Shown here piece by piece: positions 8,259 through 17,416 of a stretch of DNA of 64,000 nt (position 1 is its first letter; each line of letters begins with the position of its first letter). A model generated the notes under the pieces. It was not told the origin of the DNA. It worked only from the letters and a program-made list of their open reading frames with translations, and did no database searches. The stretch is from Candidatus Rokuibacteriota bacterium (GTDB taxonomy: Bacteria; Bacteroidota; Bacteroidia; Flavobacteriales; Flavobacteriaceae), in contig OMJU01000060.1 in the NCBI GenBank assembly GCA_900299425.1, positions 39,773 to 103,772 on the forward strand, read 5' to 3'. Position numbers and translations under genes: made by a program.

Positions 8259-9098
8259 ATGAATACACAAGTTCAAAATACGACCTTCAAAATCTCACAA
8301 ATCATCAAAAGATTTATCCTTTTATTCGTCTTTGCTCTAGTAACATTAACTAGCTGTGAAAATGTTCAAGACAATCAAACGTCTATCCAGGCTACGGTAG
8401 ATAATGTTGCTTTCAATGCTTTATACGCTACAAGTGATGTTAATGAGGATGGAAGTGTTGATATCCAAACTTCATCTGATAGTCGAGTGATTACAATTCA
8501 CTTAGGCAATACTACTTCCGACAATTTTCAATTGGGAGGAAATTCTAGTCACTACGCCACTTATACAGATGTTCATGGAAACGTATACTCTACTGAAGGT
8601 ACAGGCAATGGTTTTGTTGAAATTACCGATCGTTGTGTTCCTTGTGGTACAATAAACGGACGTTTTAGCTTTACTGCTGTTCTTCCTGGAATCGATACTG
8701 TAGAAGTGAATAACGGTATGTTTGTGGATATCGCTATAGGCGGCCCAGAAACAGAAGTTGACAATGGCGACAAATTTGAGGCCTTTATTGATACGGCTAC
8801 CTTTAACCCAGTAGTTGTGAATACAATCAACACCGGTAACTTTCTTCTTATCGAAGGTCAAAAAGGAAGTACCTCTTTAATAGTACGTGTGCCAATTACT
8901 GTTCAGCAAGGAGATTACAACATAATATCAGGTGGTTTCAACGCCACCATGGTTCAAGGATTGATCACTCAGGATGCCAACAACGGTTCGATTACAATCT
9001 TAAGCCACAATAGTGATTTAAAAACAATGAAAGCAACTTTTAACTTCCAAGTTGGTTCCACTCAAGTAAGCCAAGGGATGATTGAAGTTAAGTATTGA
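8259..9098 (+). CDS. Two-domain lipoprotein of unknown function (paralog of 7441..7842)
   Basis: Lipobox LVTLTSC. There is an internal duplication (TINGRFSFTAV in the middle, KATFNFQVGSTQVSQGMIEVKY at the C-terminus). LLIEGQKGSTSLIVRVP....GDYNI matches LIFEGEKAGNSIILQMP....GDYNL in the upstream paralog. Confidence 0.7.
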   Translation: MNTQVQNTTFKISQIIKRFILLFVFALVTLTSCENVQDNQTSIQATVDNVAFNALYATSDVNEDGSVDIQTSSDSRVITIHLGNTTSDNFQLGGNSSHYATYTDVHGNVYSTEGTGNGFVEITDRCVPCGTINGRFSFTAVLPGIDTVEVNNGMFVDIAIGGPETEVDNGDKFEAFIDTATFNPVVVNTINTGNFLLIEGQKGSTSLIVRVPITVQQGDYNIISGGFNATMVQGLITQDANNGSITILSHNSDLKTMKATFNFQVGSTQVSQGMIEVKY

Positions 9099-9120
9099 TA
9101 TGATTAGTTAGTTTTAGGTT

Positions 9121-9187
9121 TCGCCCCAAATTTAAATTGCCCCAAATTTAAATAAACCCCGAACTTAAAATGCCCCAAATGGAAAAT
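9121..9187. repeat. 16-17-bp degenerate tandem repeat x4 (GCCCCAAATTTAAAT-like)
   Basis: The four units are tcgccccaaatttaaat / tgccccaaatttaaat / aaaccccgaacttaaaa / tgccccaaatggaaaat. They lie between the stop codon at 9098 and the terminator. Confidence 0.8.
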
Positions 9188-9216
9188 TCCGAGCCCTGTG
9201 CTCGGAATTTTTTTTG
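9185..9216 (+). terminator. Rho-independent terminator
   Basis: aattccgagc-cctgt-gctcggaatt forms a 10-bp stem followed by a run of T. Confidence 0.8.
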
Positions 9217-9310
9217 TGAAAAATTGTCGGGCAATGTTTAAAACTTTATGCGGAAAGGGGCAATTGAATCCTTATTTTAGAGGCTCTGAATTAATGACCA
9301 TCGCCTTTAC

Positions 9311-12300
9311 ATGTTTATAGTCTTTGATACCGAAACTACAGGCTTACCGAAGCGATTTAATGCTCCGGTAAGTGATGTTGACAATTGGCCGCGATGCGTG
9401 CAAATAGCATGGCAATTGCACAGTGCAGATGGGACTCTGATTCGGCGTCAGGATTTTTTAATTAAGCCTCAAGGTTTTGACATCCCTTTTGACAGCGAAA
9501 AAATCCATGGGATCTCCACAGAGCTTGCCCTTGAAGAAGGCGTAGAGCTCAATAAGGGGCTCGATTTTTTTAGTCAAGATTTAGCTCATGCACAATATGT
9601 GGTGGGTCAGAATATAGGGTTTGATCTCAACATCGTGGGTTGTGAGTTTTTTCGACTCGGAAAAACGGATATTTTTGAGCCTTATCAAGTATTAGATACC
9701 TGTACCGAAGTCACGGCTCAGCTTTGTCAAATATCAGGAGGGCGAGGCGGTCGTTATAAATTACCCACACTTACCGAACTCCACAACTTTTTATTTCAAA
9801 GTGATTTTGACCAGGCGCACAATGCCACTGCAGACGTTGTAGCCACTGCCCGTTGCTTTTTTGAATTACTCAGAAGAGGGTATTTTAAGGAAGAACTCAT
9901 CCCAAGCCATCCTGATTTTTTTAATGAGTTTTTGGCAGTAAATAAGGAGGTCATTTCAGCGGTTTCCTTTGCGCACAGAAATTTAAAAAAAGCCTCAAAG
10001 GCCCTACGCAAAAGGGCACAAGAAATTGAGCCATCAGGGAGTGAGCCCCAGGAGCTTAATGATCTCTCGGCTATGGACCAATGGCCTTTTATTCATTGTC
10101 ATGCGCACTCTCAGTTTTCAATATTACAATCCACGGCATCTACGCAAGATTTAATCAGCGCAGCCGTCAAAGACAATATGCCAGGAGTGGCCCTTACTGA
10201 TATGGGAAATATGATGGGCGCTTTTCACTTTTTGCAACAGATCGAACAGCATAATAAATCTTTATCTGAAGAGGATAAACGCACTACATTAAAGGGAATC
10301 TTAGGCTGTGAGCTCAATGTCTGCGAAAACCATGCAAACAAGAATCACAAAGACAATGGATATCAAATAGTTTTTTTGGCTAAAAACAAAATAGGTTACC
10401 ACAATCTTTCTAAGCTTTCTTCTTTAGCCTATACCGATGGGTTTTATTACCTACCCCGTGTGGACCGTAGATTGGTAGAGGAGTACAAAGAGGGACTCAT
10501 CGTTCTTACTGGAAATTTATACGGAGAAGTGCCTTCTAAAATTCTTAATGTGGGGACCAATCAAGCTGAGGAAGCTTTGCTCTGGTGGAAAGAAATATTT
10601 CGGGATGATTTATATGTCGAAATCATGCGTCATGGTCAAGAAGATGAGGATCGCGTCAATGAGGTACTGATAGACCTGGCAAAAAAGCATCAGCTCAAGG
10701 TTGTGGCCACAAACAATTTGTTTTATATCGATAAAGAAGATGCGAATGCTCACGATATATTGCTTTGCGTGAAGGATGGAGAAAAACAATCTACACCAAT
10801 AGGTCGTGGTCGTGGTATGCGTTATGGTTTACCCAATCAGGAGTATTATTTTAAAAGTACACAGGCCATGAAGGCCTTGTTTAAGGATATGCCCGAGGCT
10901 ATTGCCTCTACAAAGGAAATCTTCGATAAAATTGAATCATTTTCTCTTTTTCGCGATGTTTTATTGCCGAAATTCGACATTCCTGAAGCCTTTATTGACA
11001 CAAGTGACATGGAGGATGGAGGCAAGCGCGGCGAGAATGCCTATTTGAAGTATCTGACCTTTCAAGGCGCCGAGCGGCGTTATAATGAGCTTACCCCTGA
11101 GATTCAGGAGCGATTAGAATTTGAGTTAGGAGTTATCGAGAATACCGGATATCCTGGCTATTTTTTAATTGTTCAGGACTTTATTGCAGAGGCGCGAAAC
11201 ATGGGTGTCTCGGTGGGACCTGGCCGCGGATCTGCCGCTGGAAGCGCTGTAGCTTATTGTCTAGGAATCACCAACATTGACCCAATAGAATACGATTTAC
11301 TTTTTGAGCGTTTCTTAAATCCAGATCGAATAAGTCTACCCGATATTGATATTGATTTTGATGACGAAGGTCGTTCAAAGGTTATGGATTATGTCATACA
11401 AAAGTACGGCGCTAATCAAGTGGCTCAGATCATAACCTATGGCACAATGGCCGCAAAAAGCTCCATCAGAGACACTGCTCGGGTATTGGATTTGCCATTG
11501 CACGAGGCGGATCGCATCGCCAAGCTCATCCCTAACATGACCAAGCTCAAAAAGATTTTTGCCGCTTCTGATCAGGAATTGAGGGCCACTTACAGATCTG
11601 ATGAGTTGCCGAAGGTTTCTGAATTAGTGAGTTTAGCGCAAACCTCTGCACTCGAGGGTAAGACCATTCAGCAGGCTAGAGTGCTCGAGGGCTCTGTGCG
11701 CAACACGGGTATTCATGCTTGCGGTGTAATCATCACCCCTGACGACATCACGAATTTTGTCCCCATTGCTACGGCCAAAGATTCTGAACTCTATGTCACC
11801 CAGTTTGACAACGCTGTAGTGGAAAGTGCTGGGCTTTTGAAGATGGATTTCTTGGGGCTCAAGACACTTACCCTGATCAAAGACACGGTCGCTTTGGTCA
11901 AAGAAAAGTACAATATTGCGCTGGTGCCTGATGAGTTTCCCATTGATGACCCAAAGACTTACGAACTCTTTCAAAATGGTGAGACCGTAGGGATTTTTCA
12001 GTACGAATCAATTGGAATGCAAAAGCATTTAAAGGAGCTCAAACCGACAGTCTTTGCCGACTTAATCGCTATGAATGCCTTGTATCGCCCAGGCCCCATG
12101 GAGTATATCCCATCTTTTGTACGCCGAAAGCACGGTCAGGAGGAAATCACCTATGACTTAACTGAGATGGAGGAGTATCTCAAGGAAACCTACGGCATTA
12201 CGGTTTATCAAGAGCAGGTTATGTTGTTGTCGCAAAAATTGGCCGGTTTTACTAAAGGTGAAGCCGATGTATTGCGTAAGGCGATGGGAAAAAAGCAGAA

Positions 12301-13657
12301 GGCTGTGCTGGACAAGATGAAACCCAAATTTATAGAGCAGGCCGAGGCTAAGAATCATCCCGCTGAGGTCTTGGAGAAAATTTGGAAAGATTGGGAAGCC
12401 TTTGCGAGTTATGCCTTTAATAAAAGTCATTCGACTTGTTACGCTTGGATTGCTTATCAAACAGCTTATCTCAAGGCGCATTATCCGGCAGAATATATGG
12501 CGGCGGTGCTGAGCAATAATATGAGTGATATCAAACAGGTGACCTTTTTTATGGAAGAATGTCGCCGCATGGGACTTGAGGTACTCGGGCCAGATGTCAA
12601 TGAATCGGCCTATAAATTTACGGTCAATGATCGGGGGGCCATTCGTTTTGGGATGGGAGCCATTAAGGGAGTGGGTTCTGGTGCCGTAGAAACAATTGTG
12701 GCCAATCGCAGTGACGGACCTTATAAAAGCGTATTTGACTTGGCCAAACGTATCGATTTACGCGCTGCTAATAAAAAGTCTTTTGAGAATCTTATTTTGG
12801 CTGGAGGCTTTGATGGTTTTGACACCCACCGGGCTCAATACATGCATGATGATGGAGATGGGGTTTGCTTTTATGAAAAGGTCTTGAGATATGCAGCGCG
12901 TTATCAAGAATCCATGAATTCGGCTCAAGTCAGTTTGTTTGGTGGGGCCAGTGATGTGCAGATTCCGGAACCGGAAGTGCCTCCTTGTGAGCCATGGGGT
13001 TCAATGAAAAAGCTAAAGCAGGAAAAAGAGGTGGTTGGGATTTATATATCTGGACACCCTTTAGATGAATTTAGGGTTGAGATGAATGAGTTTACCAGCA
13101 TCAAAGTAGCAGATTGTAATAACCTAGAGGCCTTGGTGAATAAAGAGATCATTTTTGCTGGGGTGGTAAGTGCGGTAGAACATCGTGAGAGTCGCCAAGG
13201 TAAGGGATGGGGTTTATTTATTCTGGAGGATTATGACGAAAGTTTCGAGTTTCGAATTTTTGGTGAAGAGTACTTAAAATTCAAACATTTTTTAAGTGTC
13301 AATGCATTTCTGCATATTCGGGCCTTTGTCAAAGAGGGTTGGGTACAGCGCGATACAGGAAAGCAAGGGCCCCCAAGGCTGCAATTCAATCAATTCCAGC
13401 TGCTCCACGACGTATTAGACAATATGACTAAGCGCATTACTTTTCAGGCTGCCGTAGATGGTATTGACCAGGAATACATTAATACACTTGTAGATTTAAC
13501 AAAACAATTTAAAGGCAAAAAAAGTGTTCATTTGGCAGTATACGATCAAGATAAAAACTTGCACCTTACCATGCCCAGTCGTTCATTAAAAATTGACATC
13601 AATCGCGAATTGATTAAAACCCTGAGCAAAAAGCGCTTACATTATAAACTGAATTAA
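9311..13657 (+). CDS. dnaE: DNA polymerase III alpha subunit (DnaE) with a fused N-terminal DEDDh 3'-5' exonuclease (epsilon-like) domain
   Basis: 1448 aa. Exo I is FDTETTG, Exo II is NIGFDLN, Exo III is HNATADVVA. These are followed by the PHP motif HCHAHSQFS, the polymerase core (GYPGYFLIVQDF, PDIDIDF), and the HhH and OB regions. Confidence 0.92.
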   Translation: MFIVFDTETTGLPKRFNAPVSDVDNWPRCVQIAWQLHSADGTLIRRQDFLIKPQGFDIPFDSEKIHGISTELALEEGVELNKGLDFFSQDLAHAQYVVGQNIGFDLNIVGCEFFRLGKTDIFEPYQVLDTCTEVTAQLCQISGGRGGRYKLPTLTELHNFLFQSDFDQAHNATADVVATARCFFELLRRGYFKEELIPSHPDFFNEFLAVNKEVISAVSFAHRNLKKASKALRKRAQEIEPSGSEPQELNDLSAMDQWPFIHCHAHSQFSILQSTASTQDLISAAVKDNMPGVALTDMGNMMGAFHFLQQIEQHNKSLSEEDKRTTLKGILGCELNVCENHANKNHKDNGYQIVFLAKNKIGYHNLSKLSSLAYTDGFYYLPRVDRRLVEEYKEGLIVLTGNLYGEVPSKILNVGTNQAEEALLWWKEIFRDDLYVEIMRHGQEDEDRVNEVLIDLAKKHQLKVVATNNLFYIDKEDANAHDILLCVKDGEKQSTPIGRGRGMRYGLPNQEYYFKSTQAMKALFKDMPEAIASTKEIFDKIESFSLFRDVLLPKFDIPEAFIDTSDMEDGGKRGENAYLKYLTFQGAERRYNELTPEIQERLEFELGVIENTGYPGYFLIVQDFIAEARNMGVSVGPGRGSAAGSAVAYCLGITNIDPIEYDLLFERFLNPDRISLPDIDIDFDDEGRSKVMDYVIQKYGANQVAQIITYGTMAAKSSIRDTARVLDLPLHEADRIAKLIPNMTKLKKIFAASDQELRATYRSDELPKVSELVSLAQTSALEGKTIQQARVLEGSVRNTGIHACGVIITPDDITNFVPIATAKDSELYVTQFDNAVVESAGLLKMDFLGLKTLTLIKDTVALVKEKYNIALVPDEFPIDDPKTYELFQNGETVGIFQYESIGMQKHLKELKPTVFADLIAMNALYRPGPMEYIPSFVRRKHGQEEITYDLTEMEEYLKETYGITVYQEQVMLLSQKLAGFTKGEADVLRKAMGKKQKAVLDKMKPKFIEQAEAKNHPAEVLEKIWKDWEAFASYAFNKSHSTCYAWIAYQTAYLKAHYPAEYMAAVLSNNMSDIKQVTFFMEECRRMGLEVLGPDVNESAYKFTVNDRGAIRFGMGAIKGVGSGAVETIVANRSDGPYKSVFDLAKRIDLRAANKKSFENLILAGGFDGFDTHRAQYMHDDGDGVCFYEKVLRYAARYQESMNSAQVSLFGGASDVQIPEPEVPPCEPWGSMKKLKQEKEVVGIYISGHPLDEFRVEMNEFTSIKVADCNNLEALVNKEIIFAGVVSAVEHRESRQGKGWGLFILEDYDESFEFRIFGEEYLKFKHFLSVNAFLHIRAFVKEGWVQRDTGKQGPPRLQFNQFQLLHDVLDNMTKRITFQAAVDGIDQEYINTLVDLTKQFKGKKSVHLAVYDQDKNLHLTMPSRSLKIDINRELIKTLSKKRLHYKLN

Positions 13658-13775
13658 TTGGCTGTATACATGTCTTTTGGAGGTATATAAAGCAATTTTT
13701 TTGGCGCATCACAAAGTCTAATGCATTAATCGAGTAAAGTGATACCTCTTAATCAAATAAATAGGGCAAAAAAAT

Positions 13776-13783
13776 TAACTTTG
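13776..13783 (+). promoter_or_regulatory. -7 promoter box (TAACTTTG) upstream of trxA
   Basis: Exact TAnnTTTG match, 51 nt upstream of the ATG at 13834. Confidence 0.4.
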
Positions 13784-13833
13784 TAACGCAAATAAGCAAT
13801 AACATTATTCCGATAATCTAATAATTATAGTCG

Positions 13834-14151
13834 ATGGCTTTAGAAATTACCGACGCGTCTTTTGAAGAGACCGTTTTAAAAAGTGATAAACCAGTAATGG
13901 TTGATTTTTGGGCAGCATGGTGCGGGCCTTGTAGAATGGTTGGACCAATCATTGAAGACCTTAGTGCAGAATACCAAGGAAAAGCTGTAGTGGGAAAAGT
14001 TGATGTGGATGCAAATCAAGAATTTGCTGCCAAATATGGCGTGCGCAACATCCCTACAGTTCTTGTTTTTAAAGATGGAGAAGTAGTAGGCCGTCAAGTT
14101 GGGGTTGCCCCAAAGAACGTTTACGCCGAGGCTTTGGACGCCTTGTTATAA
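13834..14151 (+). CDS. trxA: Thioredoxin
   Basis: 105 aa with the active site WCGPC. Confidence 0.95.
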   Translation: MALEITDASFEETVLKSDKPVMVDFWAAWCGPCRMVGPIIEDLSAEYQGKAVVGKVDVDANQEFAAKYGVRNIPTVLVFKDGEVVGRQVGVAPKNVYAEALDALL

Positions 14152-14187
14152 GAACTATTGCGCGTTTAAAACGCGAAGAATTTTTTA

Positions 14188-14219
14188 AAGACCTGTCAAA
14201 ATTGACGGGTCTTTTTTTA
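14188..14219 (+). terminator. Rho-independent terminator after trxA
   Basis: agacctgtcaa-aa-ttgacgggtct hairpin followed by TTTTTTT. Confidence 0.75.
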
Positions 14220-14229
14220 TCTTGTGTCT

Positions 14230-15153
14230 ATGCTCAATAACAATCCACAGATCAATCAATTTCAGCATCTAGAACTCCGCGCACAACAAATTGTAGAGGG
14301 ATTTATGTCGGGATTGCATAAGAGCCCATTTCATGGTTATTCTGCAGAATTTGCAGAACATAAAATGTACCACCCTGGCACCGCCACGCGGTTTATTGAT
14401 TGGAAACTTTATGCGCGAACAGAAAAGTTATACACCAAGAGGTTTGAGGAAGAAACCAATATGCGATGTTATTTAGTGCTTGATCAAAGTAGTAGTATGT
14501 ACTATCCTCAAGATCGAGATTTAAAGGGTTCTGAACTCAATAAAATGGGCTTTTCTGTTTTGGCCAGTGCAGCTATAATGCATTTGCTGAAGCATCAGCG
14601 TGATGCCGTAGGGCTCAGTGTCTATCACCAAACGCAAAAGCTTCAAACTCAGGCAAAATCAAGTGAGCGCCATCATCAATTTATTCTTGGCAAACTGCAA
14701 GAGGTCGCTCAGGCCAATAGTACGTCTTTAAAAACAGACACTGCTGCCCATTTAAGCAATTTAGCCCAACAATTACCTCGTCGCTCTATGGTAATTGTCT
14801 TTAGTGATCTGCTGATGAATACTGAGCAACGCGAGGAGATTTTTGAAGCGATGCGCCATTTAAAATATCGCAATCATGCGGTAGTCCTCATGCACACTTT
14901 CGATGGAGAAACCGAGCGAGAATTTAGTTTTGGCTCTGCTCCTCGAAGGTTCAGAGATCTTGAAACAGGTTTGGATTTGCCGGTCTTTCCTAGGCAAGTG
15001 CGCGCGGCATACACAGCCAAGATGGATGAATATTTTCAGGGCATCAAATTGACTTGTGCCCAGCATAAGATTCAATATGTTTCAGCAGATATTCAGAAGG
15101 GCTTTAATGCCATATTTACGGCATTTTTAGTGGCTCGTCAGAAGTTTGTTTAG
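14230..15153 (+). CDS. DUF58 domain protein (vWA-like, MoxR-associated family)
   Basis: LHKSPFHGYSAEFAEHKMYHPG...RFIDWKLYARTEKLYTKRFEEE is typical of DUF58. ATG at 14230 is preferred over GTG at 14224. Confidence 0.75.
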   Translation: MLNNNPQINQFQHLELRAQQIVEGFMSGLHKSPFHGYSAEFAEHKMYHPGTATRFIDWKLYARTEKLYTKRFEEETNMRCYLVLDQSSSMYYPQDRDLKGSELNKMGFSVLASAAIMHLLKHQRDAVGLSVYHQTQKLQTQAKSSERHHQFILGKLQEVAQANSTSLKTDTAAHLSNLAQQLPRRSMVIVFSDLLMNTEQREEIFEAMRHLKYRNHAVVLMHTFDGETEREFSFGSAPRRFRDLETGLDLPVFPRQVRAAYTAKMDEYFQGIKLTCAQHKIQYVSADIQKGFNAIFTAFLVARQKFV

Positions 15154-15199
15154 GGGGATTATTTTTGTTTATTTTATTTGTGAAAATAAAAATGCGGTG

Positions 15200-15207
15200 T
15201 ATATTTG
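15200..15207 (+). promoter_or_regulatory. -7 promoter box (TATATTTG) with an upstream TTTG at 19-nt spacing, for tRNA-Asp
   Basis: The context gtgtatatttgccacc is nearly identical to that upstream of tRNA-Leu (atgtatatttgccacc). A TTTG lies 19 nt upstream. Confidence 0.55.
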
Positions 15208-15280
15208 CCACCGCTTGAAGAAGCAACAATTTCTGTAATACGCGCTGTTGCGGGTCTCTGCCTCGGTAGATTTGAAATTT

Positions 15281-15354
15281 GGTCTGGTAGTTCAGTTGGT
15301 TAGAATACCTGCCTGTCACGCAGGGGGTCGCGAGTTCGAGTCTCGTCCAGACCG
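15281..15354 (+). tRNA. tRNA-Asp (anticodon GTC)
   Basis: Acceptor stem GGTCTGG/CCAGACC, anticodon loop CTGTCAC, T-arm GGTCGCGAGTTCGAGTCTCGT. 74 nt, with no encoded CCA. Confidence 0.92.
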
Positions 15355-15416
15355 CAACAAAGAGGTTGTGTTGGCAGCTTAAATGCTGCAAGTGGTTTAG
15401 CAATAGACCAATGAGA

Positions 15417-15445
15417 AGCTTGTCCGTTTGGATGGGCTTTTTTTG
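15417..15445 (+). terminator. Probable terminator after tRNA-Asp
   Basis: agcttgtcc-gttt-ggatgggct hairpin (includes G-U pairs) followed by TTTTTTT. Confidence 0.5.
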
Positions 15446-15465
15446 TCTGGGGTGATGACTGATTA

Positions 15466-15693
15466 TTAGCTATTACTTTTAGCAGTCAAAGAACGCGGTA
15501 AATTGAATTTGAAGGTAGTGCCTTTACATACCTCTGATTCAAACCAAATCTTTCCGCCATAATTTTCGATAATCTTTTTGACAATAGACATGCCTACGCC
15601 GATTGAGCCTTCGTTATTGTTTAGTTTTTGGAATATCTCGAAGACTCTATGTTCCAATTCATTTGGTATGCCAATACCATTGTCTTTGATGTT
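15466..15693 (-). pseudogene. 3' remnant of a sensor histidine kinase gene (HATPase_c C-terminal part only)
   Basis: The open frame encodes NIKDNGIGIPNELEHRVFEIFQKL...GVGMSIVKKIIENYGGKIWFESEVCKGTTFKFNLP, covering the G1 (DNGIG) through G2 boxes. An in-frame stop sits immediately upstream at 15694-15696. No H-box or N-box region is present and the upstream DNA is AT-rich non-coding. Confidence 0.7.
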
Positions 15694-15831
15694 TTATTAT
15701 ATTTATGCTAGTTTAAAAGTACGAAAATAATATCTAATTGTACTTTTTGAACAAGATGTATGCGTTTTTAATTAATTTCTCATCCGCCTGTGTAAAAAAA
15801 TTAAGCCTATCAGGTGTCTTATAAACAGCTC

Positions 15832-16308
15832 ATGAATCGCGTTTTTTGTTTAATACTGCTTCAGTTTAGCATTTATTCCTGCAAGGATTTGGTGGCTAAA
15901 AAATTGGATTTAGGGCAACTAAAATCTGAGCGACTCTCTGAGGTTCAATGGGATGACATAGACGGCTTGCCAATGCCGCCAGGTTGCGATGATACAGAAA
16001 ATGTCAAAGATTTCCCCCCTTGCTTTTTAAAATTTATGAGCGCCACCCTGGGTGCCGACCAGCAATTACTCGAAAGGCTTCGTATCGAGTTTGGAGATAC
16101 GTTACATTTAAATTTAGATATAGATCCTTATGGGGGTGTTCAATTGCGGTTCCAATCCCCACAAAATAATAAAGCGCCAAAAACCCCAGAATTATTGGCT
16201 GAACTTGAATCATTACTTGCTGCTGAATCTTGGGTCCCTGGGACTAAGAGAGGCGTTCCTGTGCGGGTTAAATTTGACTATGATTTAGTGTTGCTGGAGG
16301 CAAAATAA
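15832..16308 (+). CDS. Hypothetical lipoprotein, possibly with a TonB-C-like C-terminal domain
   Basis: The signal and lipobox LLQFSIYSC follow the ATG at 15832 (tracked ORF GTG 15814). The C-terminus PGTKRGVPVRVKFDYDLVL resembles TonB-C-like flavobacterial proteins, but this recognition is weak. Confidence 0.45.
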   Translation: MNRVFCLILLQFSIYSCKDLVAKKLDLGQLKSERLSEVQWDDIDGLPMPPGCDDTENVKDFPPCFLKFMSATLGADQQLLERLRIEFGDTLHLNLDIDPYGGVQLRFQSPQNNKAPKTPELLAELESLLAAESWVPGTKRGVPVRVKFDYDLVLLEAK

Positions 16309-16393
16309 TGATAAAATTTTCCATCGAAATAAACTAAAAAAGTGTGCTACCTTAATGCAGCAGAACTCATTTCGTTTGAATTTTACGTCCTTT

Positions 16394-16830
16394 TCAAGAA
16401 GGCCTATAAAAGTAACTCATTACCGCTAGTCCCAAAGCCCAGAATGAATAGATCAGCGCTGCAAGTAATTGATGGAACCAGCTTATTTTTGAAAAGGACC
16501 AACCCTTGCTGTCATTTAATTTGGCGTGACAAATCCAATGCTAAAGGCAATCAGTGTTTCACGGGCAGATCGGATAAAATTTATAGGATAAATTGATTGA
16601 ATTGCAGCTTGCCATTTTAAAATTTCAACGCCCCAATTCGCCAGACTTAAAGAAAATAATAATCCCAGAATCCAAGCTGGTGTTGACAATAAGTTGCGAA
16701 TCAACCTCTGACAAGCCTCTGCTGGAATGGGAGATAGTGTGCGGATTATCAACCACACGGCGACAATGAGTGTCAAAAGCTTTAGGGCAAACCACCCATA
16801 TTGCTTAGCTTTGTCTAAGGTCCATACCAT
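16394..16830 (-). pseudogene. Decayed flippase-like / lysylphosphatidylglycerol-synthase-TM (UPF0104) family gene
   Basis: The first 104 aa (…ANWGVEILKWQAAI…GFVTPN) resemble the family N-terminus, then hit a stop. A shifted frame continues (KLNDSKGWSFSKISWFHQLLAALIYSFWALGLAV…) and stops again near 16394. Full-length members of the family are about 300+ aa. Confidence 0.5.
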
Positions 16831-16861
16831 TAAGGGCTAAATTAAAAAAGTTTTGTTGGCC

Positions 16862-17413
16862 ATGACGCAAGAACGCATCATTTTGGGGATTGATCCGGGC
16901 ACCACCATTATGGGTTTTGGACTCATAAAAGTGGTCGGTAAACGCATGGAATTTTTGCAGCTAAACGAACTTAAGCTCACAAAATACTCGGATCATTACG
17001 TTAAACTTCGTCTAATTTTTGAACGTACCATAGAGCTCATCGAAAGCTATCATCCTGATGAAATCGCCATTGAGGCGCCATTTTTCGGCAAAAACGTGCA
17101 GTCTATGCTCAAATTGGGGCGGGCACAAGGAGTGGCCATGGCTGCAGGATTATCCCGTAAGGTCCCCATAACAGAATACTCCCCCAAAAAAATAAAAATG
17201 GCCATAACCGGTAATGGAAATGCTTCTAAAGAACAGGTTGCAAAGATGTTGCAACAGACCTTGGGGCTGGCGGAATTGCCGAAAAATCTGGACAGTACCG
17301 ATGGACTGGCTGCTGCAGTATGTCATTTTTACAATTCAGGAAAACCTGAAGGGGGCAAGAGTTACTGTGGTTGGTCCGCATTTGTGAAGCAAAACGAAGG
17401 AAGAGTAAAATAG
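16862..17413 (+). CDS. ruvC: Crossover junction endodeoxyribonuclease RuvC
   Basis: ILGIDPGTTIMGFG, IAIEAPFFGKN and DSTDGLAAAVCH motifs. ATG at 16862 is preferred over TTG at 16853. Confidence 0.9.
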   Translation: MTQERIILGIDPGTTIMGFGLIKVVGKRMEFLQLNELKLTKYSDHYVKLRLIFERTIELIESYHPDEIAIEAPFFGKNVQSMLKLGRAQGVAMAAGLSRKVPITEYSPKKIKMAITGNGNASKEQVAKMLQQTLGLAELPKNLDSTDGLAAAVCHFYNSGKPEGGKSYCGWSAFVKQNEGRVK

Positions 17414-17416
17414 CGT

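Noticed and set aside
16342-16596. An 84-aa plus-strand ORF.
   Set aside because: It lies antisense to and overlaps the decayed UPF0104-like gene. It has no recognisable features and its composition is not protein-like.
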